A DNA stretch of 64,000 bases, taken from an uncultured Planctomycetota bacterium (GTDB taxonomy: Bacteria; Planctomycetota; Planctomycetia; Isosphaerales; Isosphaeraceae). Where the stretch lies: NCBI GenBank assembly GCA_963737655.1, contig CAVTTN010000002.1, positions 2,272,001 to 2,336,000 on the forward strand. The letters are read 5' to 3'. The stretch's first letter is position 1. Every line of letters begins with the position of its first letter. The notes under the pieces were generated by a model, which was given only the letters and a program-made list of their open reading frames with translations, was not told the DNA's origin and searched no databases. Positions 58,286 through 64,000 of this stretch are shown here, in pieces. A program made the translations under genes and the position numbers.

Positions 58286-58379
58286 GGTCCGACACCTCCC
58301 CGGGTGCGATCGACTCCGACCCCCTCCCATCATGACCGACCCGGGATCGGGGGTATAGCGCCCGAATGTGGAGGATTTC

Positions 58380-58490
58380 GGGTGCCCCCGGTTCTCGAAC
58401 CGGGGCGGCGCCGCCGCAAGAGGCGCCGCGGGCCATTTTGCATCGGCCTCTTGCGGCGGCGCCGCCCCGGTTCGAGAACCGGGGGCACCC
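58380..58490. repeat. 111-bp element with perfect 45-bp inverted arms (GGGTGCCCCCGGTT family)
   Basis: 58380-58424 is the exact reverse complement of 58446-58490; each arm also contains an internal hairpin ccccggtt-ctcg-aaccgggg. Confidence 0.9.
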
Positions 58491-58623
58491 CAGAAGTTCC
58501 GGATTCCACAGCGATACCCGACGACCTTCGGAATCGCCCTGATCCGGTCGTTCGAGAGCTTGAATCGGACGGCGATTCGGGGGAGGATGGGGCGGTGGAT
58601 TCGGTGGCTTTCGGGAGTTCGCG

Positions 58624-58842
58624 ATGCTCAGGACCGTGAGAGCCGAGATCGATTCTCAGGGGGTCGTCCGGCTCCTGGAGCCGGTGGAGATCGCGGGGCC
58701 CCGGATGGCCCTGGTCACCATCCTGGATGAGGGGCCTCCGGTCCATGGCGATGCCCTGGCCCTCCTCGGCGAGACGGCCATGGCCCGGGATCGGGATCGC
58801 CCCGAGGAGGATGAGGCTTGGGCCTACCTGCCGTCGGAATGA
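58624..58842 (+). CDS. small putative antitoxin (AbrB/DUF104-like N-terminus, EEDEAW C-terminus)
   Basis: GGGAG RBS; MLRTVRAEIDSQGVVRLLEPV...ALVTILDE...RPEEDEAWAYL. Confidence 0.65.
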   Translation: MLRTVRAEIDSQGVVRLLEPVEIAGPRMALVTILDEGPPVHGDALALLGETAMARDRDRPEEDEAWAYLPSE

Positions 58843-58877
58843 TCGCGGCGGTTCCCTCGCGGATGGCATCCGCGTAG
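58818..58877 (+). pseudogene. possible N-terminal remnant of a PemK/MazF toxin
   Basis: GAGGAGG then TTG overlapping the antitoxin 3' end; reads MGLPAVGMIAAVPSRMASA* and stops at the TAG of the adjacent repeat. Confidence 0.4.
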
Positions 58878-58930
58878 GGCAGGCCTCGGCCTGCCGATCC
58901 GCGAAGACGGCAGGCCGAGGCCTGCCCTAC
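58874..58930. repeat. GTAGGGCAGGC palindromic REP-like element
   Basis: Perfect 23-bp arms; the loop is nearly the reverse complement of the 54239 copy's loop. Confidence 0.9.
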
Positions 58931-59048
58931 AATACTTCTCCATGAGCGATCCGATGCGTCCGATTCCTGCAATCGGGCGGGACGGCCCAGATCCCCTGAC
59001 CCGGCGGCGTCGCCGGACCCCCTTCTTCCTTCCGAGAGATCCAAGTTC

Positions 59049-59990
59049 ATGAGAGTCGTCGTCACCGGGTCGGTCGCCTACGATTACTTGATGGTCTTCC
59101 CCGGGCATTTTCCGGATCACATCGTCCCCGAGAAGACGCAGAGCCTGAGCGTCTCGTTCCTCGTGGATTCGCTGAAGAAGCAGCATGGCGGGACGGCGCC
59201 GAACATCGCGTACACGCTGGCGCTTCTGGGGATGAGGCCCGAGGTCGTCGCCGCCGTGGGCGAGGACTTTGAGGACTACCGCCGGAAGCTGGACCGCGAC
59301 GGCGTGGACACGTCGGGCATGATGGTCGTCCCGGGCGAGTTCACGTCGTCGTGCTTCATCAATACCGACCTCAAGAGCAACCAGATCACCGCGTTCTACT
59401 CCGGGGCGATGGGGCATGCCCACACCCTCCGGCTCGATCACCTGGGATTGACCGAGGACGACATCGTTTTGATCGCGCCCAATGACCCCCGGGCGATGGC
59501 CGAATATGCCCGGCAGTGCCGGCAGATGGGCATCGGGTACCTGTACGATCCGTCGATGCAGGCCCCTCGGCTCACGCCCGAAGACCTCCGCGAAGGCTTC
59601 AGCGGCGCGAAGATCCTGATCGGCAATGACTACGAGTTCGGCATGATGGCCGAGAAGCTCGGCGTGGACGAGGCCGGGTTGCGGGCCCAGGTGCCGATCG
59701 CCGTGGTGACGAAGGGGGCCGACGGGTCGTCGATCTTCGCCGACGGCACCGAGTACAAGATCCCGGCCGCGAAGCCCCGGGCCGTGGTCAATCCCACCGG
59801 AGCCGGCGACTCGTACCGCTCCGGTCTGATCGCCGGGATGAGCCGGGGGCTGCCGTGGGACGTCTGCGGACGCCTCGGCGCCGTCGCTTCGGTCTACGCC
59901 GTCGAGAACGTGGGCCCTCAGGAACATACCTTCACCATCGAGGAGTTCGCCGACCGCTATCGAGAGAATTTCGGCCCCCTGGAATGGTGA
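59049..59990 (+). CDS. PfkB-family kinase, adenosine kinase-like
   Basis: GSVAYD, GGTAPNIAY, NDYE, TKGADG and NPTGAGDSYRSG. Confidence 0.9.
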   Translation: MRVVVTGSVAYDYLMVFPGHFPDHIVPEKTQSLSVSFLVDSLKKQHGGTAPNIAYTLALLGMRPEVVAAVGEDFEDYRRKLDRDGVDTSGMMVVPGEFTSSCFINTDLKSNQITAFYSGAMGHAHTLRLDHLGLTEDDIVLIAPNDPRAMAEYARQCRQMGIGYLYDPSMQAPRLTPEDLREGFSGAKILIGNDYEFGMMAEKLGVDEAGLRAQVPIAVVTKGADGSSIFADGTEYKIPAAKPRAVVNPTGAGDSYRSGLIAGMSRGLPWDVCGRLGAVASVYAVENVGPQEHTFTIEEFADRYRENFGPLEW

Positions 59991-59999
59991 TCGGCCCTC

Positions 60000-60682
60000 A
60001 TGCCCGTCTTTCGGCTCGACCGCCGGCCCCTGTTCCCGCCTCCCGAGCTGGCCGAGCCCGACGGGTTGCTGGCCATGGGCGGGGACTTATCGGTCCCGAG
60101 GCTGCTCGAAGCCTATCGCCTCGGCATCTTCCCCTGGTACGAGCCGGGGGAAGAGATCTTGTGGTGGTCGCCGGACCCGCGATGGGTGCTCGAACCGGGG
60201 CGATTCGTCGCGTCTCGGAGCCTCCGCGCGACGATCCGCAAGGGGATTTTTGAGGTCCGGTTCGACTCGGCGTTTCGCGAGGTGATCCACTCGTGCGCCG
60301 CCATTCCGAGGAAGAACGAGGATGGGACGTGGATCAGCGGGGACATCGAACGCGCCTACTCGGCCCTGCATGACCTGGGCTTCGCCCACTCGATCGAGAG
60401 TTACGCCGACGGCGAGCTCGTCGGCGGCCTGTACGGGGTCGGGCTGGGCCGGGCGTTCTTCGGCGAGTCGATGTTTTCGACGCGGACCGACGCGTCCAAG
60501 GTCGCGCTGGCGTCCCTGGTCGAGGAGGCGAAGGCGCGGGGGATCGTCCTGATCGATTGCCAGGTCCGCAGCGAGCACCTCCGGAGCCTCGGGCCCACGG
60601 GGTCCCGCGATCGGAGTTCCTCGCCAGGCTCCGCGAGGCGCTGGACGGGCCGACGGCCCCGGGTCGGTGGACCCGGGGATAG
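60000..60682 (+). CDS. aat: leucyl/phenylalanyl-tRNA--protein transferase; -1 frameshift near 60593
   Basis: GLLAMGGDL, YRLGIFPW, WWSPDPR, LVGGLYGV, FFGESMFS and LIDCQV..EHLRSLG. The expected end (A..VPRSEFLARLREAL...W) lies in a shifted frame with TAG at 60680-60682. Confidence 0.92.
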
Positions 60683-60748
60683 CTCGGGATCGCCTCCCGG
60701 CGGGAAACCTCGATCAGATCCCGATCCGGGAGCGTCCTCCGGGACGGT

Positions 60749-61957
60749 TCAGGCGCCGAACTTCTGGAGGCGGCCGGCGTGGGCCATGGCCAGGGGCATG
60801 ATGCTCTTGGCGAGGATCTGCCCGAGCCCTCCCTGGAGGCACGGCCTCTCGCCGAACGTGGTCACGAAGTCGGGCCGGACCGTCGCCGGGGCCCAGATCA
60901 GCAGGGGGACCGGGTGGAAGCTGTGCGACTTCATCCGGCTGGGCGTCGAGTGGTCGCCCGTGACGATCAGGACGTCCGGCTTCAGCGCCGAGAGCTTCGG
61001 CATCTCGGCGTCGAGGGCCTCGATCATCTCGACCTTCTTGGCGAAGTTCCCGTCTTCGCCGGTGCTGTCCGTGTACTTGTAATGGAGGAAGAAGAAGTCG
61101 TATTGATCCCAGTTCGCCTTGAGGGCGTCCATCTGATCGGCCAGGGTCTTGCCCGGCTCGATCACGTCCATCCCCACGAGCTTGGCCAGGCCGCGATACA
61201 TCGGATAGACCGCGATGGCCGCCGACTTCAGCCCGTAGACGTCCTCCATCGTGGCGATGTCCGGGAACTTCGCGAAGCCTCGCATCATCAGGAAGTTGGC
61301 GGGTTTTTCGTCCTTGAGGATGGCCTTCGCGTGGCGGAGGAACTCGGCGGCGACCTTGGCGGTCTTCTCGCTCCCGGCGCTCCCGGCCTTCGGTTCGAGG
61401 GTGTGGAGGCCGGTGGAGAGGGGGTCGGTATCCGCCACCTCGTCGCCCAGACCTTCGCCCCGGAAGCGGACGACCAGGCGATACTCGCGGACCGGCTCGA
61501 CCAGGGTTTCCACGCCCTCGATCCGGATCGCGCGGAGCTTCTCGACGAGCTTCACGCAGGTCTCGGTGGGGATGCGGCCGGCCCGGCGGTCGGTGACGAT
61601 GCCTTCGCCGTCGATCGTGCAGAAGTTGCCGCGGATCGCCACGTCGTTCGGGCCGACCTCGACGCCGATCCCCAGCGCCTCCAGCACACCTCGGCCGATC
61701 TGGTGGGCGAGCGGGTCGTAGCCGAACAGGCCGAGGTGTCCGGGGCCGGAGCCGGGGGCGATCCCGTGGGCCACGGGGATGCTCAGGCCGACCGTGCCCT
61801 CGACCGCCAGGCGATCGAGGTTCGGCGTCTTCGCCGCCTCGAGCTCGGTGGGCCCGCCCGGCTCGATCGGCAGGCCGCCGAGGCCGTCGGCCACGAGCAT
61901 CACGATCTTGGTCTTGTTGTCCTCGCGAAGCTGGCGGATCAAGTCGTGCTCGTGCAT
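60749..61957 (-). CDS. apgM: 2,3-bisphosphoglycerate-independent phosphoglycerate mutase (ApgM type)
   Basis: VADGLG, TELEAAKTPNLD, PGSGPGHLGLFGYDP, DRRAGRI, TGDHSTP and HSFHPVP. Confidence 0.92.
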   Translation of the reverse strand: MHEHDLIRQLREDNKTKIVMLVADGLGGLPIEPGGPTELEAAKTPNLDRLAVEGTVGLSIPVAHGIAPGSGPGHLGLFGYDPLAHQIGRGVLEALGIGVEVGPNDVAIRGNFCTIDGEGIVTDRRAGRIPTETCVKLVEKLRAIRIEGVETLVEPVREYRLVVRFRGEGLGDEVADTDPLSTGLHTLEPKAGSAGSEKTAKVAAEFLRHAKAILKDEKPANFLMMRGFAKFPDIATMEDVYGLKSAAIAVYPMYRGLAKLVGMDVIEPGKTLADQMDALKANWDQYDFFFLHYKYTDSTGEDGNFAKKVEMIEALDAEMPKLSALKPDVLIVTGDHSTPSRMKSHSFHPVPLLIWAPATVRPDFVTTFGERPCLQGGLGQILAKSIMPLAMAHAGRLQKFGA

Positions 61958-62115
61958 GGCAAGCGGGCGGCCTCGGTCGGTTTCGGTTCGAGTCGTCTCG
62001 GGGGGGTGAGCCGGTATTCTCGCCGCGACGAGGCCGATCGGTCAACCGACCTGTGAGGCCGAGTCCGGCTCCGGTAGACTCGTCCTCGACCCCGAAACCC
62101 ACCGGAGGCCCCCGG

Positions 62116-62688
62116 ATGAGCGTCTCGACCGACCTGGAACGGCTCTCCCCCGAGGAGTTCCTCGCCCGGCCCGACCACCCCCACTTCGAGCTCGTCGACG
62201 GGCAGCTTGTGGAGCTTCACGTGAGCATCCTGTCGAGCCGGGTCGGAGCGATCGTGGCTCGAACCCTGGACAATCACTGCGCTGCGAATGACCTGGGCTG
62301 GGTCTTCGGCGCCGACCTTGATTATCGATGCTTCCCGGATGATCCCGACAAGCTCAGGAAACCCGACGTCTCGTTCATCCGTCGGCAACGATTCGGCCAG
62401 ATCCAGCCGAGCGACGGGGTTTGTCGGATTCGCCCCGATCTCGTCGTGGAGGTGGTCTCGAAGAATGACCTTGCCTACGAGGTGGATGAGAAGGTCAAGG
62501 AGTATCGATCCGCACTCGTGCCCCTGGTCTGGATCGTGAATCCCGAGGCCGGGGTCGTCCGCGTCCACCGCTCCGATGGCTCCTCGGCCTGGCTCCTCGA
62601 AACGGACACCCTGACCGGCGAGGACATCCTCCCCGGCTTCTCCTGCCGGGTCGCCGACCTCTTCCCCCCGGCGGTCGTGGCCCCGTAG
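62116..62688 (+). CDS. Uma2-family (PD-(D/E)xK) endonuclease-like protein
   Basis: FELVDGQLVE, RKPDVSF, PDLVVEVVS, KVKEY, VWIVNP and ILPGF. Confidence 0.9.
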   Translation: MSVSTDLERLSPEEFLARPDHPHFELVDGQLVELHVSILSSRVGAIVARTLDNHCAANDLGWVFGADLDYRCFPDDPDKLRKPDVSFIRRQRFGQIQPSDGVCRIRPDLVVEVVSKNDLAYEVDEKVKEYRSALVPLVWIVNPEAGVVRVHRSDGSSAWLLETDTLTGEDILPGFSCRVADLFPPAVVAP

Positions 62689-62731
62689 GACGTCCCCGCC
62701 CACCGATGAGGCGGGGCGATCTCCGTATTCC

Positions 62732-62801
62732 GTAGGGTCCGCTATTGCGGACCGGATTTGTTTCGGCTTGCGTGAAGATGGTCCGCAATAGCGGACCCTA
62801 C
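62732..62801. repeat. GTAGGGTCCGC palindromic REP-like element
   Basis: gtagggtccgctattgcggacc ... ggtccgcaatagcggaccctac, perfect 22-bp arms. Confidence 0.88.
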
Positions 62802-62913
62802 GAAGAGGGGATCGATCCCCCGCCGGAATCTTCTCCGAATTCCTGCGAAGTTGAAGACAGACCGCCGCCTCGGGGCAGTACCCGGCGGATTGCGACCGTC
62901 GGAGGACTCAGCG

Positions 62914-64000
62914 ATGACGATGGCGGCGAGGCGAGGCGGGGCGGTCCCGGCGTTCCAGGCCCTCTGGGATGCGGGGACCGTGGCGGGGCTGGGCGAGGCG
63001 GAATTGCTGGCCCGGTTCGCCTCGAGGCGGGACGAGGCGGCGTTCGCGGCGCTGGTCCGGCGTCATGGGCCGAGGGTCCTGGGGGTCTGTCGGCGGGTGC
63101 TCGGCGACGAGCATGCCGCCGAGGACGCCTTCCAGGCCACCTTCCTCGTCCTGGCGAGGAAGGCCGGCTCGATCGCGTCTCCCGAAGGGCTGGGCTCGTG
63201 GCTTCACGGCGTCGCGCTGAGGACCGCGAAGAAGGCCCGGGCCGGGGCGGCGCGTCGGAGGGAAAAGGAGGCGGAGGCCGGGGCGGCGACGCTCCGGGTG
63301 CCGTCTCCCGGACCCTCGACCGACGACCTCCGCCCGGTGATCGACGAGGAGCTCGCCCGTCTGCCCGAGAAGTACCGCGCCCCGGTCCTCCTGTGCGACC
63401 TGGAAGGCTCGTCGATCGACGAGGCGGCGGCGTCCCTCGGCCTGCCGAGGGGGACCGTCGGCACTCGATTGACCCGGGCCCGCTCGCTCCTCCGATCTCG
63501 CCTGACCCGCCGAGGGCTCGCCCTGGGCGGGGGGCTGGTCGCATCCCTCGCGACGGCCGGGAACGTCCCGGCCGCGATGATCGACGAGGCGGCCCGCTCC
63601 GCGACCCTGTTCGCGGATGCGGGATCGACCTCCAGGCTCGCCACCTCGTCGGCCCTCCTGGCCCGGCGGGTGTTGAGGGGGATGACCATGACTCGATACG
63701 CGCTGCCGGCCGCCCTGATCGCGGCCGTGAGCCTCGGAGGGATCGCCCTCTTCGCGATCAAGGCCGAGGCGAAACGATCGCCCGGCGCCTCGGCCCCGAT
63801 CGACGACCCGAAGCCCAGGGCCGATCGGCCAAGAGGGGCCTGGGTCGTCACGAAGGTGACGATCAACGGCGCCGAGGAGCCGATCGTCCAGGAGGTCAAG
63901 GGCTCCGTGATGAGCTTCGCCGCCGACGTCCTGGTGATGAAGATGAAGGGGGGCCTGGAAATGGAATACACCGCCACGTTCGACCCCTCGAAGACGCCGC
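62914..64000 (+). CDS. ECF sigma factor with TM helix and C-terminal TIGR03067-like domain, runs off the window
   Basis: Manual translation: ELLARF...AFAALVRRHGPRV...AEDAFQATFLVLARKA...WLHGVA...LPEKYRAPVLLCDLEG...GTVGTRLTRAR, a hydrophobic helix, then GAWVVTKVTING...FDPSKTP. GGAGG at 62901. Confidence 0.92.
   Translation, partial: MTMAARRGGAVPAFQALWDAGTVAGLGEAELLARFASRRDEAAFAALVRRHGPRVLGVCRRVLGDEHAAEDAFQATFLVLARKAGSIASPEGLGSWLHGVALRTAKKARAGAARRREKEAEAGAATLRVPSPGPSTDDLRPVIDEELARLPEKYRAPVLLCDLEGSSIDEAAASLGLPRGTVGTRLTRARSLLRSRLTRRGLALGGGLVASLATAGNVPAAMIDEAARSATLFADAGSTSRLATSSALLARRVLRGMTMTRYALPAALIAAVSLGGIALFAIKAEAKRSPGASAPIDDPKPRADRPRGAWVVTKVTINGAEEPIVQEVKGSVMSFAADVLVMKMKGGLEMEYTATFDPSKTP

Noticed and set aside
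62116..62688. Uma2 endonuclease and S1/P1 nuclease as parts of a defence system
   Set aside because: Both are isolated among housekeeping genes with no methylase or other defence partner; Uma2 paralogs are typically abundant and scattered in planctomycetes.

Overview
High-GC chromosomal segment of a planctomycete, most consistent with Isosphaeraceae. The taxonomic call rests on DUF1559/H-X9-DG, TIGR03067-like, membrane-anchored ECF sigma, Uma2 and MoxR-vWA cluster signatures. Housekeeping genes include aroA (partial), yggS/yggU, surE, tRNA-Ala(GGC), nadB, hisI, gltX, aat, an ApgM-type phosphoglycerate mutase, a PfkB kinase and a class V aminotransferase. They are interspersed with five poorly characterised modules: (i) a circularly permuted ATP-grasp / alpha-E / transglutaminase operon whose transglutaminase carries its own Gln-rich tail; (ii) a symporter and a PepSY-response regulator-kinase operon with identical promoter architecture; (iii) a six-gene MoxR-DUF58-BatA/vWA-DUF4175-like-vWA/GATase-prenyltransferase-repeat cluster, plus a stand-alone paralogous ~1845-aa protein with a very long Gly/Gln/Pro/Lys repeat stalk; (iv) a four-gene nucleotide-sugar/methyltransferase/GT2 cluster; (v) a tandem SEC-C/TPR paralog pair. 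Non-coding signals include a consensus sigma54 promoter followed by a structured C-rich leader or candidate sRNA, and a possible pseudoknot right after surE. Several families of palindromic REP/MITE-like repeats are present; two supply stop codons inside an operon and one appears to truncate a MazF-type toxin. About nine genes carry small frameshifts, most likely sequencing errors. No CRISPR array, rRNA, integrase or transposase was seen. All family assignments are from motif recognition by eye; no database search was run.
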